In this document: one piece after another, positions 12,530 to 27,224 of the stretch
How positions within the stretch are numbered: the stretch's first letter is position 1
How the letters are laid out: every line of letters starts with the position of its first letter
Source: Camelus ferus
Taxonomy: Eukaryota
Direction: 5' to 3'
Assembly (NCBI RefSeq): GCF_009834535.1
Contig: NC_045697.1
Span: forward strand, 88,228,001-88,292,000
DNA: 64,000 nt
Translations under genes and position numbers: made by a program
Notes under the pieces: generated by a model
Databases searched by the model: none
Told to the model about the DNA's origin: nothing
Seen by the model: the letters and a program-made list of their open reading frames with translations, nothing else

Positions 12530-12960
12530 GATCAGTCGGTATCTCTCAATCAGGGTCCAGGTGTTTTAACAGAGGTAATGTGGAATAGAAAGCAGTTAAT
12601 GATGTATAAAAGCAACGTTAATTAGGCAACTGAAAGGCCAAGGGAGAACTCTGAGGTCTCATGGAAGTAGCAACTACAAGGAGCAGGTACTACTTAGAAG
12701 GCTGAGGAAAAAGCAGAAAGCTTAGAAATATTAAAACAGAGCTAAAATTCAGACCTCTGAGGAAGGGGTCCTGTTCCACTAGCACCTTTGATTTGAAAAA
12801 GGGGTCCCATGGGGCTGGGACCCTGACTTCTGAGGAAGGGGAATCAGCCATCTGGTGCTGGAGTATCTGAGGTTTGGTGAGAAAGTCTTGTCAGAGCTGG
12901 AAGGTTACAAACAAGATTCCATGGCTACTATGTTTTCTGAAAGGTTTTGATATGAGGTTT
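12530..12960. mobile_element. Ancient solo LTR (LTR78/LTR79-like)
   Basis: tcagggtccaggtgttttaacagag...ggcaactgaaaggcc...gtagcaactacaaggagcag...cagacctctgaggaagggg with an internal repeat of tctgaggaagggg. Confidence 0.55.
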
Positions 12961-13976
12961 GCTCTGTTATACATGGTAAGGGATGCCTGCATGTTTAGAG
13001 GGATTGCACAACAAGAAAAGAATAATTCACAATTTTATGAATACAAAGTTCAAGAAACTATATTGTTTTAAAATTATATGTGACACTTAGGGGAAAATAA
13101 CTGAAAGATTAAGGAGCAAAGGGCTCCAATGGGAAAGCCATACTTAATGATCAGCTAAGCTTCATGTGCTATTTATAAGGTGCCGAGGGCGAAATTGTGA
13201 AAAGAAATTTTGCCTTTTCCATTCTCTCTTCATCTATTAATTTCTCTTCTTTGTGAAGTATGTGTACTTACATGCTACCTGGAACAGTTCAAAGCCGTCA
13301 ATACAAGTGATATTAATTACTAGATAGTCCACCACTATAAGTTATCTGCCTCTCGTACCTCTGGGCCTTCAGCCTCGACCTTCTCTTTATAGCTCTAGAT
13401 CAGTAGAAGATTCAGGGACATTGAATATGTGTTCACTAGACTTTTATTTTAATTTTTCCATGTATTCCTCTCTTTTTCAGAAAATACAAATAAGCAAAAA
13501 TAATAAAATTGACAGTAATTAGACTTTAACATTATAAAATATGTCTGTCATTCCAGACTTGTTTCTAAGCACATGTGTATATACATACATGAGTGAGGTG
13601 TGAATAAATGAATAAAGGAGGAATGAATGAATGAATAACTCATTTAACAAAATGAAAAAGTGTATGTTTGTGTGTGTGTGTATATGTATATACCCGTTTA
13701 TTCATTGGACCACAAAGTCTGATCATCACTTAATGCCAGTAGATGTAGAATTACATTATCATTAGGATACACTGTTAATGGTAAAGAATCACATATGTTT
13801 TCTGAACTTCAGTCTAGCTACCTCTTACTCATGATTTTATTTTTCTTGATTAATTGCATATAAAATATGCAGCTTTTATATACATTTTGCAATACTAAAT
13901 ACAGAAACTACTCAAAATCCAACATTTTTATGCTTTCTCTTCATTGAATTCATAGAATAGGAGTTTTTATTATCTA

Positions 13977-14175
13977 GTCCAGGAATAAGAAAACTTTCTG
14001 TAAAGGGTCAGATAGTAGCTCTTTTAGGTTTTGCAAGCTCTGTAATTTCTCTGCAATGTCTGGACTCTGCTGTGGTAGTGCAAAGGCAGCCAAAGACAAT
14101 ACATTAACAAGTGAGCATGGATTTATTTTGATAAAAATTTATACACAAAAATCAGCAGTGGTACTGTTTGGCCAG
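13977..14175. mobile_element. MER58A hAT-Charlie element
   Basis: aaactttctgtaaagggtcagatagta...ttttaggttttgc...actctgctgtggtagtgcaaaggcagccaaagacaatac...gagcatgg. Confidence 0.85.
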
Positions 14176-14439
14176 TCTTAACACCTAATCCCACTTTGTT
14201 AGTAAAACCAAGGCCTTGAAAGCTTAAAGAACTTTGCTCAAGGTCTCAAAGCTAGTTAAAGACACAAGAGCTACTGGGGTACGTGTCTATAAACCCCTAG
14301 TCTGCTGTGTCTGCTGTATCCTGAAATACTGGCTTTTATGTTTTTCCTTCTCCAGTTCTAATGATATGCCATCCAAAAAATATAAATATACATTTCCATT
14401 CCTAATATTTGATTTATCAATTCTATTTTCAAAATATAC

Positions 14440-15138
14440 TTAGAACTACTTCTAAGCATCTCCCCTGCTGCCACCGTGTTCCCACGCCACCATCGTTAGT
14501 CACGTGGGTAACTGCAGTAGCCTTCCTTCTCTCTCTCCTTCAGTTTTGACCCCATTTCGGTCAAATTTTGACCAAGAAACAAAAGTGGTCCTTTAACAGA
14601 TGAGTCAGGGTGCTCCTAAACTGAAGAAACCTTTATCATTGCATTAAGGTCTCCCATGATCTGACCATGTATTGCCTCTGATGTCATGTGCTACCACAGA
14701 CTTAACTCTGCCTCAGCAACCTGGGTCACCCCACTCTTCCTCCAAGCTCTCGAGGCCCACCTGCCTCAAGGACAGATATCTGCACTCCTCATCCCCTCAC
14801 CTCTCCAGACGTTCACTCAAATGCCATATTCTCAGTGAGGCATTCCCTGGCTGCCATGTCTAAGTGGCAATACGTCCCACACATACATAACACACACACA
14901 CACACTCTTTGTATCTTCTTTCTTGCTTTATTTATTTTTCCTCTTCACACTTAAATCAGTAATTTTAAATGTGTGTACCCCCCACCCACCAGATTACAAG
15001 CTTCATAAATGTAGGGATTTTCATCTGTTTTATTTACCATTTACCTCCAACACTTTAACCAATGTGTCATACAATGATTGTTGTATGTCATACAATGATT
15101 GTTCAGTAAATAATTGTACAATGAATAAATAAATGAAT
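14440..15138 (+). mobile_element. L2 LINE 3' portion
   Basis: ccaccatc...ctgcagtagcc; tcactcaaatgccatattctcagtgaggcattccct; cagattacaagcttcataaatgtaggga; tail tgaataaataaatgaat. Confidence 0.85.
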
Positions 15139-15270
15139 ATGGAAGTCTGGTTGATTCACAACTCACCTTGAGTGCTGAGCATACTAAATTTAAAGTTCAA
15201 AGTCATTGTGTATTTATTTCCCTTAATGGTCCAAGAAAGAGTTAGGTTTGAAACAACTATTTATTTATAT

Positions 15271-15457
15271 GTCAGAAAAGGTGAAGAAATGAGGAGTGTG
15301 GAATTGAGGCAGGCATGCCTGGAGTATTTGAAGGGAAGAGCCAGGTGACCAGGGTTGCTGAGACAGAGTTAAGGAGGTTGTGGTAGGTGATGAAATGAGA
15401 AGGTAATGGAGGGCCGGATTGTGGAGGGCCTTAATGCAACAATAAAGATTCATTCAG
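15271..15457 (-). repeat. Inverted copy of L2 segment 14621-14810
   Basis: Reverse complement aligns end to end with 14621-14810 (ttgcattaagg, cttaactctgNctcagcaacc, ggtcacc, ctgcctcaa, cactcctcat). Confidence 0.85.
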
Positions 15458-18361
15458 ACATGCATACATACATAAAATTTTAAAAGACAAAAAAGATTCA
15501 TTCAGTATATATATATGCACTGAATATATTATATATTTATATACTGAATATGTTGTGTGTGTATATATATATATGCATATATATATAAACAATATTGTTT
15601 AAAATCTCCAATGTCAAGTATTCTTTCCTAAAAATACTTGAAATGATAAAGATGCTAGAATGGCAAATTCATTCCGAATCCCCAATAAATCTGAATTCTT
15701 GAACACAGGTCCACAGTCCCTAAGACTATTACTTGAGAAGTAAAGAGCCTTACTCCTTAATGTTTGAAGCTGAATTTCTGCAGGTCTAAATGTTTCAGGT
15801 TAATTTGAGGAATACAGAAATTTGAATTAAGTTATGGAAAATACTTTCCTGAAATGTGCGGTAAGAACATTCCCATAATCTGAACACAGTTTGGCCTTTG
15901 GGATGAAGAGGAGGAAGGAGTGCTATGGAAATCACCCTGCAATCTTATACCCTTGGTTTTTTGCCACATTTACTTTTGAAGGCATTTTCTGGCATCTCTC
16001 TCGGATTCTTCCACACACCATATTTACATTAATTGCACTCAGAGACATAATTATAACTCATGGCTAATTTGTTTTTAAAAAGAAGAGAAAGAACCCACAA
16101 CAACAAGCATGTTAAAAATAACACTGAGAATATAATTTAAGTATTAGGCTTAAACCATTTAGTGTCAAAATACAGGCTCCCATCCCTAAGCAGCTTTAAA
16201 TCTACATCATTACAACATGACTTGATTTGCCTGAACAATAAAAGACAATTTTCCAGGAAGTAACTCTTTAACAAGTATCTGTGTTTTTATATGTGTTTTA
16301 AAGAAAATAATTAGCTTCATCTGAATGTTTTCTAACTATATACAATTGCACTTATGAAAAAGATTTGTCATTGATTATGCTTATTAAACCAATCAAGAGT
16401 GTACCTGAAATTAACAGATGAATTTTCATATATTGAAGTAGAATAGTTTTGCACCAGACATACAGTTCAAAAAATACCTTAGCTGTTGATGTTTTTAAAA
16501 GTTGTTTGAGGTTTTGAAGGTTTTTTTAATATCATAATATATACAATATAAAATATATTTTAAATTTTAAATTTATTGAGTAGTAAAATTTTTAAATCTT
16601 GATTTAAATGTTATTGTGGTATGCTTATGAAGATTAGAATGCTCAGTTTTTTTAATATATGGAAATTTTAAATTATATATTTTCACATTTAACAATTTAG
16701 TATTAATTTATCTAATTGGATTTATTTTCTTTTTTTCCAACATGTGACAAAGCTGATATCCTTAATATATAAATTACTCATACAGATTGAAAAGAAAAGC
16801 ATTGTAATCCAATCAGGCAAAAGCACAAAAGGTTTAGACAGAAAATTTATGGAAAAAGTACAATTAGCCTGTGGATTTAATATACAATAGTTTTAACCAT
16901 GTTCATCTTCAGGACATAAGTCATAAATATAAATATGATACATATCAAAATGTTATGTTGTAAAAACATGCTCTAGAATGAGATAATAGTCTCAATTACT
17001 TAATGTTAAGCTTACCGGACACCTGGCTCCTGCTGGTTGGAACTATGTTCTTTTACCAACCGAAACATTTGAAACCACTGCTTGTTGCTGCCTGACAACT
17101 CTTTAGTATTTATCCCTAAGTGGAGGGCCCTGTTCTCTCATTTTGGAAATTAAATTCTAAAAAAGTTTCTTGTCCTTAAATATGGCTGCTACTAAAACTA
17201 TAGTAATATCTGTATATGCACACTTAATCAACAGAATCCTTGAAAAGACTGGTTAAAGTTACATTAATTATCAAATGGGTAGATAATAAAATATTATGGT
17301 TTTTAATAATCTATATATAATGCTGCATATATAAATATATATATGTCATAGATATATAGTGAAAAACACAGAAATTGTGTTGATAAAGCATAGTTTTTTT
17401 CCTTGAGAAAAATTAAAGTGCAGTGTTTTGAGTTCTTATGATAAAACATAAATAACCTAGGAACTTAATATTTATCATTTAAAAATAACTTAACTAGGTT
17501 CATTTTCTAGTTTTTCAGCTCCAGAGTAGGGAACTCAGGGTACCAAATGGTCAGTGATGATGAACGTTACATTGGTTGAAAAGCTCATCAGTTGGAAATC
17601 AGTGTGTTAAAAATTACAGAAAATATGGGAGAAAATTTTAAGACATTTGACAACATTCTTTTTTGTGTGACTAGAAGCAATTTTAAAAGACATCACAGAT
17701 ATTGAATAGAATTTATCATCATGGAAAGTTGTGCTGCACAGTGCTGAACTGTAGAGATGTCTCTTTTGATTCCTGACACTGGTTTTGAAGAACTCATTTT
17801 GTATTTGTCAAATTTTACAGATATGCATTTCACTTCACTAATTTCTGCTCTTAACTGTATTTTTTCTTTTCACTTCTTGTGGGTTTACTGTCTTATTGAA
17901 ATTTTTAGCTTCTTGTTAAACTAAAAATAGATTAATGGTCTCAAGTGTTTTTTTTTAAATATGTACATGTAAAGATAAACATTTCACTATAAACATATAC
18001 CATTTAAAGCCTTAAGATTAGCTATATCTCACAAGTTGTGATATTTTCATTATTAGTCTGTTCAGTATATGTTCTGAACATTATTGAATGAGATATAAAG
18101 GCAATAAAGTCACATGACTTGAATTCAAAACTATCTGGTTAAAAAGTAAAATAAAATTCAACCAAATAAAGGCCCCAGGGCTCTTACCATGACCCTCCAA
18201 ATGATGAGTGAGAACACCGTGCAAAAATGAACATTCTGAAAGCTGTGCAGTAAGGAAGAGTGCTCTGTATGGATGCTGGGGAGATGAAAGGGCCAGGCAG
18301 TAGTGCAGGCTGAGACAGCTCCCTCCGCATCCATTCTGCACATCACCCGCTAAGTGGTTGA

Positions 18362-19626
<1,265 letters not shown>

Positions 19627-21949
19627 GCATTTGGTAGATACTTGGCTCAAGATGAGAATTAAGCATGAATTTCCCAAAAATATGACCCATAAAAGAAAAA
19701 GTCACAGTAACAATTTTAAAACATTTAGAATCCATGAAATAAAGCATAAAGTGAAGGCACACATTCCTTCTTCTCTGTAGACAGTCCTGGAAAGCTACTT
19801 AAAGCTACAGCTGCCATTTGATCCTTAAGCGATCACCAACTCTGTGATTACCTCCCACCTGGGATTTAGTGTGCACATTTAACTTCTCATCTGGGTTGTA
19901 GGGATTTTTTCATGGTTTACATTTTGAACTCTGCTTGGAAACCTCTTTGAAGATCAGCCAGAAGATTATGGTAGTGCAAATAACCTGCAGAAGCTTACAG
20001 CTGTCCTCCTGTAGTTCACAATGAGCCAGCAGTCATTTCCCCATTGTGATAAAAATCATGTTACATTGAACATCACCTTCTACAAGTTATTATGTTCTCA
20101 CCACCAAAATACATTACTCTCCTCTCTAATTTTTCTGATTTTTCACAGTAGGGGAGTGCTATAAGTATGTTTTCCTCTTAAAAAGTGTACATGATTCTTA
20201 CTAAGAATGAAGTATTCTTTTCTTTTTGTGGTAGCAACAGCTGTCAGTGATTCTGTAACAGTTGACATTTGCTATTTTGTTTTGCTTTATGTATAGATGG
20301 TTGGCTATGATATAATTTGTATTAAATTAAGCCATCTAGTGTAAGCCTTTATAATGATTTTCTTTAAGAAAGTATTATAAAATTTTTCTTGGCCCAATTT
20401 TGAAACTATATTGCTTTCAGATTGAATAAAAATGCATTTTTATTAATGCATATTGGAGTACTTTTGTCAATACAATTTTCTTCAAAAATCACTCTATTTC
20501 TAAAGCCGAGATAGTGCAAATGCAGAAAAGTATGAGAGTCACAATGGAACATGTTTAACAAAGTGTAAATGAAGAGTAATTTAAGTCTAATTAAATTTGA
20601 TCAAATCATAATTAAAGGCAACAAGTCAAATTAAACTTCTAAGTAATTTCAGTTACCAAGAGGAATATCCCTTTATCATGTATTCCATATCAAAAACCTA
20701 ATTATTCTGTTCTATTTACATCATAAAACAAAAGTAACTATTTAAAAATTAGTCATTCCTGCTCTTCACTATACAAACATCAGGATAATAAATAATCCCC
20801 TTAAAAAACAAAAACAAAAAATAAACTATTTATTTTTATAAATAAAAACACTGATTTTGCATATGCATTCAGATTCCAATGACAGAAGGGTAAACATTTC
20901 TCTAGTTGTATATTTTATTTAAAATAAATTATTAAACATCAAACTTATAAAAATTACTGTGCATAGGAAAAGTCAATCAAAGTATATAATTACATTTGTT
21001 CCTATTATAGAGCTCTAAGTTTTGCATCTTTTTTCTCTCACAGCACTGAACATGGGACTTCATTAAGTCTCATGTTAGTATTACTCATGTAGATGATTTT
21101 TTTCATTATGAGTTATCAGGTCATACCAGAATCTTTTGGAGGGGGGAGATTATTAGCATATTAGAATATTTGCATTTTGCAAAATACCTGGGCAATGTCT
21201 CTCTTCTATTAAAATAAATTTTTAAAATTCTACATAATCAGTACTATTATCTCAAGTTCCATTAAGCACTGGGAAAAAAAAAATCACCTGAAGAGCTATT
21301 TTGCATTGTAATATCTACCTGTAGTGTGTAGAAACATAGTGTGTGGACTCTATAAATACAAAAAATAAGTATTAATACTGTACAATTGTATGTTGGTTCT
21401 TTTATTGTCAGTTAAGAGTAGCATTTTAATATATATCACAAATTAATCTATATTACGAAAACAAGTATAGAGGTAAAAATATAATGAAACAATACAAATT
21501 TTATAGGGCATTATGCATCATACTGCCAAAACTTACAAGAGTAAAAACAGTGATTTGCTTGTAGTATATGAAGCCAGTGTTACTCAGCCTCACATGCTGT
21601 GTCTTGTTCTGCCAATATTGTCTATGGGTTTCCTCCATCATCTCTCATAGAGACGCCTGCATTCATCCGCATCAGAATAGCTGGACATGGTTGTATATTC
21701 CCTAGCTAGTTTCTCCAGGTGAAACAAATGACCTCATACTGTTATCAGCTCTATTTTTGATTACACAGATTGTCAAATAATACCACACATTAACCAAATG
21801 ACTGATGCAGTCTAGGGTTACAACACACCTATTTCAAACCACATCAATAAATAAAGTGCACTACTTAATCATTAGATATTTGTTAAAATCAAAAGCATGT
21901 GTGTTCTAGTGAGAAAATACACAGAATTGAAAACATAAGGAAACATCAA

Positions 21950-22320
21950 CCAGTTATGGGGCATTAAAGAGATATAAAGATAAAAACATATGAAAAGATG
22001 CTCATTCTATTAAAAAATAAAATAACATCCCATATTAGGAAAAATTTTAAACTTTGTAATATCCAGTATTGGTCAGGATATAGGGCAACAGTCACTAACA
22101 TACACTGTTGGTGAGATCTGAAACAGGTGCCATATTTGGGAGCAGACTTTTAACTATAGAGGCAAACTTCCAATAGCAGAGATTACTTTACCATGTGTCT
22201 TGCAAAGATATCATGTATCTTTGCAAAGAAATCTTTGCAAAATTATGCCTAAATGCATGTAATAAGTATACTCATTCAAGATTGTTTAAAATAGCAAAAA
22301 ATGGAAGAGCAAACTGGTTA
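21950..22320 (+). mobile_element. Old L1 (L1ME-like) ORF2 end / 3' region
   Basis: aaacatatgaaaagatgctca...atccagtattggtcaggatatagggcaacagtcactaacatacactgttggtg...gtttaaaatagcaaaaaatggaa. Confidence 0.7.
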
Positions 22321-23491
22321 GATTTTTTTCCCCTCTCTTTTGTTTCTTCCTTTCTTTCCTCCTTGAGTACAAGTCTCTACCTTTCTTCCTTTCATTCATC
22401 AAATATTCAGGTGTAATGAAAACTCATAAGGGGTCATTGCAGGATTTTACATAGTGCACTTTTTTTTTAATTTCGCTTTTTTTTTTTAAATTTCAAAATG
22501 ATCACTTCAGCTACAGTGTGAACAACAGGTTTGAGAAAGCTGGTAAAGACAAGGGGACAGAAATAATGGACGTGGGCAGAGCAGTACTACAAAATCAAAC
22601 TTTACAATACTGTGCCAGTACCAAAAAAAAAATAAAGCATATCTATACATGTTGATTGGAACAAAAGGCCTCATTATGTTAAGGCTGTCAAAGCAAAGAA
22701 TACACATAAATCGGTGGAAATATGTAAACATTTCTTTTCAGGAAAGGTAACAAAATTGAATATTAATTACCTTTCATGAATGGAAGTAAAAAGTTTAGAA
22801 ACTGGAGAAAGGTAGACATTTTATTTCTTTTAATTTCAAATATTTCTGTATTGTTCACATTCTTACAATGCTTTTTGCATGACTTTTACTATTTTGTAAC
22901 AGTTAACTGGCTTAGGATTATAGGCCATTTTTTCTTTATACATTATAAATTAAAAGTAATTATATTAACATTTAATTTTTTTCTCTAATTTATATTTTTC
23001 TAACCGTTTGTCTCAGCATATTTTATAATTTTAAACTGTTGAGACAATATTTTATTAGGCTTCTTCTTTTTCCTTAACTCTCCTTTTTTCCTAATAAATA
23101 AGGGATTGACAACAGCTTAGAAAATACAACTTTAACTAACTAACTAAAAAATAAATAAACTAAAAAGCAGATACTCCTTTAAAGTTTATTTAGTTATCAA
23201 GGTCTGTGGCATATTTACTCTCAAAATGGGGCATATCTTTTTGCAAGAATTATATTTTACACAGTCCCTATAGTCTTACATTTCAGATACACATCTTGAA
23301 TTATTTTGCAAGACAACACAGTAAATACCTTTATTATCTTCTCTTACACTAGAATAGAAGGGCATGAGACAAGATAGATTGGCTGGGAAGGAATTTCATG
23401 TTTGGAAAAAGATAAAATCCTAAAAAAATTATAAGGCCATCTGCAAGAATCATTTATGGTATCATTCTTGACTGTTTTAAAATTTATTTCA

Positions 23492-23870
23492 TACAATATT
23501 TGTCCTTTTGTGATCAGCTTATTTAACTGAGTATAATGTGTTCAAGTTTCATCCATGTTGCAGCACGTGTCAGAATTTCCTTCCTTCTTCAGGCTCAGTA
23601 ATACTCTTTTGTGGTGTATACCTCATTTTGTGTATCTGTTCATCCATCGATGGACGCCTGGGTTGCTTCCACTTTTTGACCACTGGCAATAATGCTACTA
23701 TGAACATGGGTGTCCAAATATCTGTCCTAGCCTCTGCCTTCATTTCTCTTGGGTATACATCTAGCAGTAGATTTGCTGAATCATATGACAATTCTGTTTA
23801 AGTTTTTTTAGGAAACAGACATCTAAAAAAGTAAATTTGGGGTTATGTGTATTTTGCCACACAAAAAAAC
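23492..23870 (-). mobile_element. L1MB-like fragment: inverted body plus short sense-strand 3' tail
   Basis: Antisense WTPMFIVALLPVVKKWKQPRRPSMDE (ORF2 C-terminus) at 23492-23815, then sense gtaaatttggggttatgtgtattttgccacacaaaaaaa. Confidence 0.8.
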
Positions 23871-25479
23871 TATTCATTTCAGCTTGAAATAGATTCTTAT
23901 CTCACTGAAAGCCTCAAACTCTGATTGTGCGTCAGAGAATCTCTGCCTCCTCCGCTAGCCTAACTCTGCACTGCGTACACAGTCTTGACTCTTTTCTGTC
24001 CTGACTTGTACTTTCAGATCCATGATCTTTACACTATTCCAGCCCTCCCCATCCTAACAGGATGTGTCCTAATGCACATACAGACACTTTTTGACACAAA
24101 GGTCTTCCAGCTCTTCAGTTCCAGGAAGTTTCTTATGTTTATTATGTTTTCTCAAATTCGAAATAATTTAAAAGTCAGAAAGTCTGGGTCCAATTTCTAT
24201 CTCTGCTATTTACTAAAATTGTGAATTTTCAAAAATCATTTAATTTTCTCGATTCACTATTTGCTCATTTATTCCATTTTTAAAAAATGCATTGAGCACC
24301 AACAATTTTCCAGGAACTATGCCAGTTTAACCTTGCTAAAAATGCCAAAAGATCATGACATACCTCTTCTGTCAAGAAGTTTACAGTTACTCGGGCAAAA
24401 ATAGCTCTCTAATACTCTTCACAGGGATAAAGCAGGGAATTTCTAAAAAATGATCCATGAGAAAAGGCTTTGTATATTTTGAACGTTAAGTACATGTGAT
24501 GTGATTAATATTACTCGCACTGGCTCCCTGTCACCCTTTGGGTACTCTCAAATCCACAGAAGAAATTGGAGAAGGAGGTTTGAACTGTAAAGTAGAAGAA
24601 TAGCATTCCTTATTTGTACAGCAGAAATACCACCAACAAAAAGCTATCGCCAGTAATTTATATTTTTAATATTAAAAAATCTAAGCCAACTTCAAATATT
24701 TGACTTCTCCAAATTCTTGTTCCCTTTCCATGAGCCACATGCTTACGTCTACTGATGACTCTCAAGCTGTGTTGCCATAAAGGGAAGGGCTGTATAGCTT
24801 TTTCTTCCTTTAATTAAAAGTGAAAACTGCAGTTAGAACAAATAATTGAGTCAATAATCCCTGCTTTAGGAGGATATTCAGCACGTCAGAAGAGGTCCTA
24901 TAGGCAACCTTCTATGGGTGTTAACCTCAACTGACCTCATACATAAAGAGCTGAATAAACAGGATGACAACCAGCCGACAGTTTTAATTCTTTATTAATT
25001 TCTAATAAATACATTTGCTAGTCTCCATTCTATGCAGTTAATTGGAAATATCAGTTGCATAGTTAATATCCATCAGCAAAGAGCAATTAGATGGCCCTGT
25101 TATCTTAGTCTCAGGTATTCTATTAAAAATGCAAAAATGAAGCCACACTGGTCTCTATTAAAATGCACTAAAACAATTAACATATTTTATCCTGATTAGC
25201 ACATTGCTAACAAATAAAAGTGCCTTGCCACCGAGAAACTTGGAAGCCAGGATAAAGCAGTGTAATTTGTGTGGGTCAAATATTGAACCAGCTTGCATAA
25301 TAATGTGGGGAAGCAGTTGGGGAAAACAAAATGTTAGTTGTGCTATTCAATGGAGAAAAGGAGAGAAATTTGCTGCTTGGTTTCAGTTTCAGGAATTAGG
25401 TTTTTGGGAATGATCATTCATATACCTGTATTGAAACAACGAAGTATGCGTTAATTACGACCAATGTTAAAATTTATCC

Positions 25480-25830
25480 TTGTTCATTGAACAGATGTAT
25501 CCTGAACACCACCTCGATACCAGAATGTGTCACATAGGCTGCCACGGAAGCAGAAGACCAGGCATAGAGTCAAATCTTGGCCACTCAAGGAAGGCTTCAT
25601 GGAGAAAGACACACATGTACTGAGAGGAAAGGAAAAGAAGTTACACGGGCAGAGTCAGAAGAGTGAGAAAGTGCTTCAAGCATATACGTAACAGCAGGTA
25701 CAATGGACAAGAGGTGAGCAAAAAGGGACACATCTTAGGAGTAGGAGTAACTCAGTATTCAAATATTGAAGGCAAAGTGGGGAAGATTTGATAGATAAGA
25801 CTAGGGAGTTATCAGAGAGCAGATCCAAAA
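25480..25830 (-). mobile_element. L2 fragment
   Basis: ttcattgaacagatgtatcctgaacacc...ataccag; tcaaggaaggcttcatggagaaag; aacagcaggtacaatggacaagaggtgag. Confidence 0.65.
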
Positions 25831-27224
25831 AGGAACTTGCAATTCATTAAAGTGTTTGGGCTTTTTCCTAAAGCAATAAAAATGTCCCAAAATATATAGC
25901 CAAGAATGACTTTTGACCTTGAAGTTTCAAAGAGAATAAGATGATGATTGTGTTTTTTTTTTTCCAACCATTTTTGGAATGCACCGGCTAACCTGAAGCC
26001 AAGAGACCTAAATTGTGATAACATTTCAGTGTCCTGTGGAGATGGTTAGGTCAGAGGAATGGTGCTTGGGAACCGAGCATGTCTTTCTCTCTAAAACAAC
26101 AGAATTTGCATCAGAAAATAAATCCTCTTCCTACCACACAAAGAAATGGTCAGGAAGAAATTGCGGGATAGAAAAGCAACCAAAGGAAGCCAGATACACA
26201 CTTACTAGAGCTAGTTAAAAAAGAAGCCACAGAATGGCAAAGCTGTCTTTCCATACATACGTGTCTGACACGCGGTAGGTGTTTAATGAGTACTTGCTCA
26301 CTGAAGAGCACGTTGGTACAGCTTGTGGGCAGGAGAAATTACAGAGGAGACAATGAATGCTGTGTTGTAGGGTGAGGATGCAAAGACTAGAGTAAAGGAA
26401 GAGTTTCAAAAGGAGGAAAAAATAGAGAAAGAGAAAGGAGTACTAAAAAAGCTAGAGGGAAAGGAAATGTGTAATTGTGATTTATTCTTAGAGCAGCCAA
26501 ATCCTAGCAAAAGAAGAAAGCATTGAGTAAACTGTAGAGGGGCTGTAAGTCAGCCACAGCTCACATAAGAAGGCATGAAATTAAGGTAGATGGCACATAA
26601 GAACCCTGAGGAAAAGAGGAGCTTACCTAAAAACTGACAACAAGGACACATTCGTCCTCAAAATGAAGCAAACCTGAGTAATGTAATTCTATTTGGGTTT
26701 AACATAAGTGTGTAGAAAGTCTGTTTTTCAAACTTTCCATGAGAAAATTAAATTTATGTCCAATCCTCAATTTGGTTTGGAAGCCCAGGTCTTAGAACTC
26801 TAATCAAAATTTGTCTCAAGTAGGAATATTTGAATCTAGATAGATTTTTATAGGGAAATTGACTTCCTATTTTATGATGAAGCACCTCTAGCTCTACTAC
26901 CCAAAGAGGCCACAAAGATGGCTCCAACAGTCAATTTTGACCCAGACAATAAGGAACTCCATCTCTTCCCTTCTGTGTAGGTATCATAATTATGGATAGG
27001 CGATAGCCCTAACAGGAGAGATGCGGGAGAGAAAAAACATTTTCTGAATAAGGGTACTACTGGAGAACTATAGATACTCACATTTCTATTTTATGTGGAA
27101 GCCAATTTTGTATCTAGAAAAAATTAGCTGGAATCTAGATGACTTATCAAATGGATTCCTCTTTTCTAGAGAATTTTTTACTACTTTTGTTTTTCAGGGA
27201 AATTCAAATGTCAATGTTATTATC

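Noticed and set aside
26875..27050. Box C (ATGATGA) and box D (CTGA) snoRNA-like pair; also gtgatgatga near 17553
   Set aside because: Spacing too long or box D missing, and no terminal stem
27081..27112. 32-nt minus-strand micro-exon (ttttttctag...gtgagt)
   Set aside because: Short pyrimidine tract and no partner exons; expected by chance
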